DNA of 62,326 nucleotides, the filler included. It is 9 parts of 9 records of this genome, joined end to end, with 100 filler letters (N's around TTAATTAATTAA, not from the genome) between each part and the next. Parts side by side here need not be neighbours in the genome. Positions count along the whole stretch, not along the records: positions 19,645 to 25,616 come from SRR7504441_8083; positions 25,717 to 32,305 come from SRR7504441_8084; positions 32,406 to 38,528 come from SRR7504441_8088; 6 more parts are not named here. One strand, given 5' to 3'. The stretch's first letter is position 1. Each line of letters opens with the position of its first letter. Of the stretch, positions 25,101 through 34,728 are shown one piece after another. Below the pieces are notes generated by a model, which was not told where the DNA came from, ran no database searches, and saw nothing but the letters and a program-made list of their open reading frames with translations. Position numbers and translations under genes: made by a program.

Positions 25101-25616
25101 TGGATCACCATTCATGAGTCTTTCAATCTCCGGCACTGATCGAAGCCTGCTGCCATCGTTGCATATCACCACAATGTCAACGCTTCCTGCTGAATTTCCG
25201 GTCTTGCGAACGCTGTGCGCAATCTCCCAGCCATTTGGTAGTTCCATCCGCTCACAGTCTGCATGCCCTGCTCGCGACTTGGTTCGCTTGTGTGGCTTCT
25301 CGTCCTCATCATCTGAGGAATCGTCACTGTTGCGGCCATATTCAGCATAATTCACTTTTGTTCGTCTCCTAGCTGGCCTGGCCTCCAGATCCACGGGAGC
25401 GCTTGGCTCATTTAGCACGGCGCTCTTCCTCTTGAGCCTGCTGCTTGTACCAGCTTCAGGCACAGGAGCAGCAGGCTCAGCTTCAAGACCGACGGGCTCA
25501 GCTTTAATTTCGACTGTACCAGTTTGAGCTGCACCGTCCGTTGAAGGCTCCCCAGCCTGGGTTTCAAGCCCTGAAGCCTCTGCCTCGGGATCCGCAGCCT
25601 CAGCCTCAGCTGCAGG
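22184..25616 (-). CDS. SUV39/Clr4-like histone lysine methyltransferase with 3 MBD-like domains, chromodomain and AP2 domain; 5'-truncated by the contig end
   Basis: SET: KGAGL, FVVEYIGEVVT, GNAARFINHSCSPN, GEELTINY, post-SET CYCNSKDCCG. AP2: YKGVS..HE R|WSATICVNGQQTYLGCYSTPEDAAAEYD..INF. Chromo: WE|VEEVVD..LLKWVG..SWEEESNC. MBD-like: LPNGW..VRK.G.SAG..D....DG.RLRS..EI (x3). Introns 23889-23932, 23276-23332 and 22883-22920 join modules in frame. Confidence 0.8.
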
Positions 25617-25716
25617 NNNNNNNNNNNNNNNNNNNNNNNNNNNNNNNNNNNNNNNNNNNNTTAATTAATTAANNNNNNNNNNNNNNNNNNNNNNNNNNNN
25701 NNNNNNNNNNNNNNNN
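25617..25716. other. Artificial contig linker
   Basis: N44-TTAATTAATTAA-N44. Confidence 0.99.
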
Positions 25717-26109
25717 CAACACTAAAGCAAACATGTCAAATCTCGACCAGCCACCCCAGCCTCTCCTCCCTGACTGCCTTTCCTTGGGCGAAACCCATGA
25801 TTCAAGGATGATCGCTCGTGCTGATTTGACCGAACGACGGTCCTGGATTGTCCAACGGCAGGCATCCGGCGATATTACGCTTTCCCTCACCGCGGATCCG
25901 GACATGCAGAGGATGCCTCACCCATGGGACTGGACTGGACTATACGACAAGAGTGTATTGCATACATGTACTTGGTACGTATCCGCTTAGAGGAATCTGA
26001 CTCTTGAAATCACATTGACATTGTTTATGCTAAACATTTAATGATTTATTTTACGGACTCAGTGAACCTGAGTTTTATTTCAAGAGTTTGTGCCTACCGG
26101 CGTGTTTGG

Positions 26110-27359
26110 TCAAATTCTGAGAGGGGGCATCTCCTTAAAGTCTGCAATCGCGTACTGGCTCATAGAGGAGGCGGGCGAGCCGTCTCTGCTCATTGCTAGT
26201 TTGTACTCGAGCTTGTCAACTTGCTTCTCTAGCGACAAGATCCTCCTCATCTTCTCGCGCAGCAACGGACTGGGTGGCGCCACGCGCGGCCCGGCAGCTG
26301 GCACCAGCGAGGGCACCACCCAGCTGCCCCAGGAATGGATCACGCCATAGATGGTCGGGACCAGCATTATCTCGCTCAGCCGGAGTGCCCCTGAGCTGCT
26401 CGGAGTCCGACGCTTGGCTAGACGGAGCAGCCCATATGCGCTCAGTTGCCCGAGCAGCCCGAGCCCGATCCGGACCGCCCTTCGGGTGAGCGAGAGGTCG
26501 CCACAGTGCGGGAAATAGCCGAAAAGCCGTTGAGCGAGCAGCACCAGGTGACAGAGCGACGTGGACAGAGAGACACCTGCTGCGAGCGAGATGTCTTTGG
26601 CGGCCCACCGAGTTCGGCTCTTGTCGATCCATTTGAGCCCGAAGAGCAGCACGAAGCAGCCTATCACAAAGTTTCCGCACGCCACCCGCTTGGAAGGCCT
26701 CACTGGGTCTTCGGCAGTCTCACTGGACTGCATGTACCGCCGAGTGTACTCGCGGCATGGAAGCAGCACCAGCAGCCCTAGCACCAGCGCCCCGAGCACG
26801 TCGCACGGCAGGTGCGCCATCGCGCGCATCCGGGCTATCCCGACCACCCCCGCGATCCCGGCGAGCAGGGCGGACCGGCTGGTCGGCGACAGGTTTGTCT
26901 TGAACGCGAGCATGAGCCCGTGGAAGACCAAGGCCCCAGTGACGTGGCCCGAGGGGAAGCCGTACGTGGTGAGGCTCTCATCGAGCACCGCGTCGCTCAC
27001 CTGCACTTGGGACGACAGCCACATCGGCCGGGGGCCGCGGAAGGCCACTTTGCCCAGGGCCACCGCGCACACCAGCCATGAGACACTGTTCTGCAGGCAC
27101 CAGCCGAAGGCCGGGTCCACGCTCCAGAAGCAGGCGCAGCACATCGAGTTGATAGCTGCCCAGCCTGGTGAGCACCCTGGGGGGCGGCCGGCGCACCCTC
27201 GCCGCCGCTGAGCCGCTCGGCAAAGTGGGATAGGTGGGCGATCAGCTTGTTGTCCAGCCTGGGCTTGAGCGCCAGCAGCAGGCTGAGCTGGGCCCGGGGC
27301 GAGAGCAGCTTGGCCAGCAACCCGTCGGTCCAGAGCTCATCGATCTGCCCCCCCGCCAT
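26110..27359 (-). CDS. PAP2-superfamily membrane phosphatase
   Basis: C1 KVAFRGPRP, C2 GFPSGH, C3 ARMRAMAHLPCDV and multiple hydrophobic segments. Start MAGGQIDELW with one early intron. Confidence 0.85.
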
Positions 27360-27474
27360 TCCAGGGCGCGACTGCCCGCGTCCCGAGCAGTCCGAAGCCG
27401 GGCGGTGGCGGAGCAACGACTTTTGAGAGCACTGCACACGGCGGGTGTGGGAGGTCTGCGGTGTGAGAGGGTAG

Positions 27475-27828
27475 ATGGGCCGGCGGAAGAGTGCGGCCAA
27501 GCCACCGCCCAAGGCTAAGGCGCCCAAGCTCGCCATCACGTTTGACTGCCCGTTCTGCAACTCTAAGAAGTCGGTCGAGTGCAGCATGTCCCCCCCCCCC
27601 CCTCCAGCCGGCCTGAACCGGTCGGCCAGGGACAAGAAGCGGTACTTGGGGACGCTCACGTGCCGAATGTGCGGCGTCGAGTACCAGATGATCACCGACT
27701 GTGCGCCGCCCTGCCGCCGCCCGCTGAGTGGCCGGGCAGACCTGACTGAGCCGGTGGACGTGTACTGTGCCTGGATCGACGAGTGCGAGAACGTGAACGA
27801 CGACGGGAACGAGGACCGTGAGGATTAG
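27475..27828 (+). CDS. ELF1: Transcription elongation factor Elf1 (zinc ribbon), 2 introns
   Basis: MGRRKS..FDCPFCN..SVECSM|DKK...CRMC...TD Y|LTEPVDVYCAWIDECE. In-frame introns GTCCCC..CCAG and GTGCGC..GGGCAG. Confidence 0.95.
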   Translation: MGRRKSAAKPPPKAKAPKLAITFDCPFCNSKKSVECSMSPPPPPAGLNRSARDKKRYLGTLTCRMCGVEYQMITDCAPPCRRPLSGRADLTEPVDVYCAWIDECENVNDDGNEDRED

Positions 27829-28369
27829 AGCCGAACGTGCAGCTGTTGGGGCCGGGAATCGAGCACTCGCTGTGGTCTCGTCTTCGACTCGCGGGAGAGG
27901 GCCGGTGCCGAGGGAGTGCCGACAGGCAGCTCGCGCGCCGCTGCGGCTCGAGGTGTGCATGCTTTGGATGCGGATGTGGCGCGTAGGAGTGCCTCTTGCG
28001 GCTTTTACCAATGTGGCGCGGTCGGGGATAGGCGGCGACTTGTTTCATAGAAGTCTGCGAACTCCGAGTGTCACGGTACGAGTATACCTTTGCTGGACCT
28101 CCAAACGCCATGATATACGTACCAATAAAGCCATGTATAAAGTTTCTAAATTTTATGTTGCGTTGACTATAAGTGCGCATGTACAACGAGCATGCAGTGG
28201 AGTGTTGTATTTTACAGAGCTTCTAGGCTTTGTTTGGTTGTGAGTGCTCATGAAATTGGGAATCAGCCACCGAAACTCTTGCTCGATCCATCATCAATCA
28301 CAGAGTACCGCAATAAAGCTCGCAATCACTGAGCCACACATTGGTACCTCACTCAGAGAGGCTCTCGCC

Positions 28370-29389
28370 TCACAACCGAACGCTCAGATTAAGAAGCTTT
28401 GTTCGTAGATCACTCAACACTCCATCGATAGGCGAGTCCACTGTCGCCATCATTGGCTCCAGCAGGGGTGTGGCCGGCTCTTCAAGCTCTTCCTCCTTGC
28501 TAGGCTCCTCTAACTGCATTGACGCCGGCAGGCTGCTCAGGGTTGCCTCGAGAGTAGGGCGCAACTTAGCAGTCGGCACCATCTCTGGCTCAGCCTCTAC
28601 TGGCTGCTCATTCTCCGGCTCCGGCTCGTCGGTCCCCGGCATCATGTTCTGCTCGGCCATCAGCTGCACCACCTTCTGGTGGACTGTGCCCGGGACATAC
28701 TGCTGTTTGGCCGCCATCTGGTTGGTCGCAGCGCTCTGTGCAAGCGGGGCTGACGGCTCAAAACCTCGCGAGACCCGAAACTCGTGCTGGCGGGCCGCAG
28801 ACTCTTCCGCCGCCGTCAGCTTCATCCGGAGCAGGTATTCGTCCCGAGCCGCCCTGTCCGCGTGCGCGCCGGGTGCGTTCCGGCCTGGCGGCTCGCGTCG
28901 GAGAGACCGGTCAAACTGCCTCGTCCAGTGCTCCGACAGCCGGTCGCGCTGGTTGCCGGCGGTGGGGGCCGACGCGGCCTCGTGGCTGTCTGGGACGACA
29001 TGTTGGGGCGGCAGCGGCACCGAGTTGAGGTCAGCTTGGGTGGGAGCCGGGTGCTGCATCTTGAACGAGGTCGTCATGAGCTCTTGCCGGGTATGCGACG
29101 GCTGCCGCTTGAACGAGCCGTCATGGGGCTTGTACGCCTCGGTGGTGCTGCTGTGAGACGCGGCCGGGGCCCCGGGGTGGGACGGCACCCACTGCTTGGA
29201 ATAGGTCTGGTTGATCATCCGCTCGCGGCCGGTGTTGAGCGGTGCGCTGGACGGCGGTGCATCCAGGCCGTAGATCAGTCCCTTTGAGGAGGGGGCGGCC
29301 ACGCTGTCCTTCGTGTTCAAGTCGCGGAACAGGCCAGCCTCCTGAGCGGCGACCGTAGTCGGCTCTGGGCCACCAGAGTCGAGTGCCAT
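28370..29389 (-). CDS. Hypothetical, largely disordered protein
   Basis: ~340-codon ORF with coding-like composition and an acidic/Pro-rich C-terminus. No family recognised. Confidence 0.5.
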   Translation of the reverse strand: MALDSGGPEPTTVAAQEAGLFRDLNTKDSVAAPSSKGLIYGLDAPPSSAPLNTGRERMINQTYSKQWVPSHPGAPAASHSSTTEAYKPHDGSFKRQPSHTRQELMTTSFKMQHPAPTQADLNSVPLPPQHVVPDSHEAASAPTAGNQRDRLSEHWTRQFDRSLRREPPGRNAPGAHADRAARDEYLLRMKLTAAEESAARQHEFRVSRGFEPSAPLAQSAATNQMAAKQQYVPGTVHQKVVQLMAEQNMMPGTDEPEPENEQPVEAEPEMVPTAKLRPTLEATLSSLPASMQLEEPSKEEELEEPATPLLEPMMATVDSPIDGVLSDLRTKLLNLSVRL

Positions 29390-29574
29390 TGCCAACGTCT
29401 TTCGAAACGAAAAATTTCACTGTGTCAACGGTTTCTAGAGTCTAACGGCTCATGATACGAGAGAGGGGGCAGTCAATCAAGGGCATGTCGAGGCCCGAAA
29501 TGAAGCACGTTCACTACTAATTGATCATTCAGGGGCGCGAGCATGTCTTGAGAGGCCTTTATTCACAATTGGCA

Positions 29575-32305
29575 TTACAGAATCGCCGCATTGTCCTCGA
29601 GCTCCCGTGCGAGCTTATCGTACTCGATCTTGAACGCTTGTAGATTTATCAGTGCGCTTTGCCACGCGACTTCACACGACTGGTTCTGCCGGATCAGCGA
29701 GCCTAATCGGGGACCACGGCTCAGAGCGAGGAGCAGCTTGTGATGCTCGGGCTGAAAGAACTGCCGCTGGTGCTCGAGCGAGCCGAGCTCCGGTCTAGTT
29801 TCGACAAAGTCGAGGGCTGCAGCAACTAAAGGCACCAGGGGCGAGTGCAGAAGACTCGCACGCTGGTTCGGCTTGTCGACCGCAGCCATGAGCGGCAGCA
29901 CCCGCTTTCGAAACACGTAGGACTCGCTCTGGACGGCTGCGAGCTCCGCAGTCTCGCGCATCACTTCGAGGCAAGCTGCCACGTGCGCTAAGTGCCACTG
30001 CAGTGACCTCGCACTACTTTGGGCTGCTGCGTGCTGGGCACCCACACACGCAGCGAGCAGCGAGCCGGCCAGCGCGCCGTGCAGAGAAGCCACTGCAATG
30101 CACGGCCGCTCCTCGTCCATCCCACCGTACACGTTGAGAGCCCTGACCATGTTGCCCTGCTGTGCTGGCTGGTTCTGATCGAGCTTCGTCCAGTTGGTGA
30201 GCACGAATGAATGAAAACTCAGCTCTGTGCTCGAGAGCTCGAGCAGCTGGGCTAGCCGTTGCTGCAGGCCCCACACTTGGGGCGCGACCGGTGCATCCGT
30301 GGGCCCCGCTCGGCTGTGGAACGCAGCATTGGAGAGCACAGAGGCTATCGTGAGGAGCGCTCGGAGCTTTGGATGGCTCAGCAGCTCAAGTGCCGCTCCT
30401 GGCTGCAGGCACTCGTCCGGGAGAGCCGCCACTGCGGTGTGCAGCTGGTCTGCGGCGATCAGTGACGGGACAGATGTGGCCACACGCAGCCAAGCCTCAT
30501 TCAGCCCAAGCTCTGCTATCTCTCCTACTGAGGGAGCCAATCCCGACTCGACTGTCACACCATAGTCGCCCAGGAAAGCGACTGGCCTGGTGCTGGCATG
30601 CTCAGATATGGCCACCAGAATATCCTGTCGAATAGAGTGCCATGCATCAGTGCCTGCACAGACTTTGGTCAGCCCTAAAGCACCTCAGCCTATGTACGCA
30701 CCCGGCATGAGCAGCTCCTGATGATTCTTCGACGCTACACTCCGTGCTGCCACCCGGAAGCACTGCTTACTACCTGGCTTAGAGGCTCCGGGACGTGCCC
30801 AGGAACTCGACTGCAGTTCAGCAGCCTGGCCCATCTTATAATTGACGGCAACCGCATTCTGCGTATACTCCAGCATGGCTTCTTTGGCACCGTCAGACAC
30901 AGATTCGCTGCAGGCTAGGATAGTCGGGCTCTTGACAGGCAGAACACCACAAGCGGAACACTTGACATAGTCGTCATCGTCAGGGGGGTGCCCGAAGAGC
31001 TCGCCAACCGTACTCAGCGAACCCTTGGGTGCGTCTTTGGTGAGATCGGGAACTGCAGCCACCGCCAACACCAGTCGGACGACTAATTTCTGCAAACGGC
31101 CCACTGCCCACAGCGCAAACGAGGCCCCAAGCCCATAGCCTACCACACAGACGCAGCTCAGGTCAAGCGCGCCGCCCATCAGCTGCTCAGGCTGGGTCTC
31201 AATAAACTGCATCGCTTCTAGAACATCCCACGTCGCATCTGGGAGTCGGTCCCTGTACGAGAGCGCCAAAACTGCAACGCCACGCACACACAGGTCTGCG
31301 ACCAAGCCGTCGACCAGAGTGGGGAACTCGCCTCTTGGATCAGCTACAACAATGACAACGGGAGCACGTTGTGCCCTTGCGGATGGCAGGTAAAGTTTGA
31401 GGTTCTGCGACTCGAGCGATCCATACTGCACGGAAGAGCTCTCAAACGTGTTGGCAGGAGCAGGAGCCGGAGCAAAGCACTGAAGCCCTTCCTTCTCAGC
31501 TCGAGCACCATGGGCCCCTATCAGGTCAGTGGTCGTCGTTATTATACCACTCAATCGGTGTCGAACCATTGCAGCCTGCTCGTTGGCTTCATCGCTGTAA
31601 TGGTCATCTGTGTCGACACTAAAAGGGATGGTGGCACCACCCTCGATCTTGCGATAGTTATGGCTTGTCGTAGCTAATGTCGTTGCACTTCTCGCCTCAA
31701 AAGCCTCTTCATTACGACCCTCTGGTAGTGGCGACCGCATTTGAGAGCCAACACTACCTATCTCGGACGACAACTTGATGGATTGTTGAGATGTTGGTGT
31801 TGCTCCGCCCTCATCCAGAGGCTTTGACACGACAAGAGGCAGATTTTCCTCCTTTTTCGATGACTCGGGCAACTTTTCGGGTTGCTTGGGCACATCAGAG
31901 CCCCTTGACTGAAGTTTGGACAACTGAAGGGCACCTGGAGTGGGCCGTTTTCCACCATGAAAATCAGCCCACTCCGCAAAGGTGATCACGCCATCGCCAT
32001 TTGCATCGATCTGATCAAAGATTGCCATTGCCTTCTTGTACCTCTCTGGGTCGGCCTCAGCAAATTTGGCCAGTGCCTCACTCATGTCTCCCGTCCCCAC
32101 CCCATTACCGATGCCTAGATTGCCTGTCGATAGCCCGTCGACACAAGGACTGTCTGTCGACAGGCCTGGGCCCTCTCTTGAATCATTATCAGCAGCCCCT
32201 CTGCCTGTGATGCTTTTGGCATTCGCATCAGCACGCGTGGCCTGCTCCTCCATATGTACACTACCATCGCCCTTAAACCATGATCCATCTGGCGCATTTT
32301 CCGCT
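29575..32305 (-). CDS. EF-hand + alpha/beta-hydrolase-like + indoleamine 2,3-dioxygenase-like fusion protein (probable pseudoenzyme); frame open to the contig end
   Basis: EF loop DANGDGVITFAE; hydrolase YGSLESQNLKLYLP..GVAVLALSYR..VVGYGLGASFALW..HQELLMP|GTDAW; IDO-like SFVLTNWTKLD..GGMDEE..SPLVPLVAAALD..RQFFQPEHHKLL. A 48-nt GT-AG intron at 30654-30701 joins ORFs 30685-32253 and 29575-30615 in frame. Confidence 0.7.
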
Positions 32306-32405
32306 NNNNNNNNNNNNNNNNNNNNNNNNNNNNNNNNNNNNNNNNNNNNTTAATTAATTAANNNNNNNNNNNNNNNNNNNNNNNNNNNNNNNNNNNNNNN
32401 NNNNN
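32306..32405. other. Artificial contig linker
   Basis: N44-TTAATTAATTAA-N44. Confidence 0.99.
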
Positions 32406-32800
32406 GGCGCGTCGATCTCTAATTAGATTTGTTGACACTTTTTGAAATCTGGATTCGACGTCCGATCGATCATGTTAGATCATGTCGAGGATCGACAAGA
32501 GCACCCATTGACCCTAACTGACCCACATTCCCACACACGTGCACGCACTCGGGCATCGAGAGACTTAGTACTTACCGGGCTCTATGAAGACCATCCGAGA
32601 CAAATCCGAGAGATGACCAAACATGTGTGTTTCATATTCCATGCGTTTATTTACACCACCTTACACATTTACCATAGAAATCGTCGTCAAAGCCGTCCGC
32701 TGCAAATGGTTGTCAGTTGGATTTGTAGATGAGGCTTAGTTCGCCCATCGCAGCTATTTGAGTCTCCGCACGCCACCACCCAGCGACAGCTATTCTTACT

Positions 32801-34566
32801 CTACAGCCAGGGACCCCAGAATCCTTGATTCTGAACGACACGCTCGCACGCCCCGTCGCGATCTGGCGCCCCCCGATCCGGATCATACAATGTCTCGTCG
32901 AGCGCTTGCATTCGCTTCAACAAGCTAGCCGCCAGCTCCGGTTTCTCCCGGGCAAGATCCCTGTGCTCGGTCGGATCTGCAAACACATCGAACAGACAGC
33001 CCACCTTATCCCGAGTAGTACACTGCTCTACAGTAGCCCAGGTGTCCCAGTCCGAGCTGTTGGGATAAGTCGGCCCAGTCCAACTGGCCTGTGAGATGTT
33101 GCCCACAATCAGCTTATGCCGCCCGACCAGGAGAGCCGCGTCGCCCGAGCGAGTGTTGAGCCCGGCCGCACGGAGCGGGGTGAACCATACTTCTTGCCTC
33201 GGGCTCGTCTTGTTGGCGCCCGAGATATGACCCCACAGGTTCAGGCTGTCGATCGCCGGCAGCCCGGCCGCAGCTGCGACCGGGTCGCTAAGGTTGCACC
33301 CCGCCACCGCGCAGAACGTCGCCATCCAGTCGGCTAGGTGCATAAGCCCTTCCACCGACCGGCCGGCCGCGGCATCGGGCAGGTAGCCACCATTCACGAG
33401 TCCCGGGGCCCTCACACCGCCGTCCCAGTTTGTGTAGTAGCCTCCTCGCAAAGGATACGCGCTCTTGCCGCCCGTGACGCGCTCGATTGCCGCTCCATTG
33501 TCGCTGCTCCATACGAATAAGGTGTTATCCCACATCCCGGCGCTGACCAAGGCATCGACCACCCGGCCAACGCTCTCATCCATAAACGCTGCCATCGCCG
33601 CCACATACCGCCTGTCTTCATTCTCAATCGCAGCAAACCGGTCCAGCAGCGCTGGTGGGGCACACAGCGGCGAGTGCAGCAGATGCATTGCGTAGTACAG
33701 AAACATGGGCGCGCCGGGGCTTCCGGCCGCCGCAGCCTCGGCTTGGTGGTGCTCGATTATATTCACGGCACGCTGTGTGAACAACTCCTCTTCGAAGCCG
33801 GTCCCGTTCATCGTGAGATTCACGCCATGTGCCGGGCCCTCTCGCCCGTCCGCCGCCTCCCACAGGTCTGTGGTCCACCCGAGGTGCCGCGCCAGGACAG
33901 ACGCACTCGTGCAACGCGCAGCTTCGCCCGGCCTCGGCACAGTCCCATTAGCATCCGACGGGTAGCGCACAACTCCGGGGAACTGCGCGCAGCTGGCTCC
34001 CGGCGGGCCGTGCGGGGTGCCAGAGCTGCCACCTGAGCTCCAGCCGTGCAAGTAGCCGTTGTAGGCCCCGGCGATGTACCCCAAGCTTGAGTCGAACCCC
34101 CGCCCACGCGGCGTGTGCCCCTCGGTCGCGAACCCCGCGCTGCCACCCCCGCGCTCAGCAAGCCGGCGGTGGGTTGCACGCACTGCCACTTGCCAATGTG
34201 GTGCGTGCGATACCCGAGCTGCCCGAGCTTCCTCGGCAGGGTGGTCATGTTCGCTGGTATACCCGCCCTGGGCCGGGTCTGGTCGTCGTTCCGGATGTTC
34301 ACCCGCTGCGGGATACGGCCCGAGAGCAGGCTGCACCGGCTGGGCGAGCAGAACTCGTACGTGTAGAGCCGGTCGAGCACCGCACCCGATGCGGCCAGGC
34401 TGTCCAGCCGGGGGGTGGCCACCTCGGGGGATGGCCCGGCTGGCGAGGTTGCCCGGAGGTAGCCTAGCCCGCCCCATCCGATGTTGTCCGCCAGCATGTA
34501 GACAAGGTGAGGCCGGCTGCCCGTTGCCACCCGGCAGAGCAGCGCCAGCGCCATGGCGAGCCGCAT
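32801..34566 (-). CDS. Secreted formylglycine-dependent sulfatase (arylsulfatase B/I/J-like)
   Basis: Signal peptide, PHLVYMLADNIGW, CSPSRCSLLSGR (CxPxR), IGKW H|AG across intron 34140-34183, RGFD, SSDNG, YPLRGG..WDGGVR, HLADW, LFDVFADPTEHRDL. Confidence 0.93.
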
Positions 34567-34728
34567 GCAACTACTCATCACCCGACGACGCCGGAGGGGC
34601 CTGCTCATTCGTCAGCCGTTATTTCCACCCGAACTCGGGGAGAGGATGCTGGGGATAGCACCGAGCTCGCTCAAGTACTACGAGCTGGCTGTGCCAGCTC
34701 AATTAATGCCTGCTACGGTTCACTTTAA

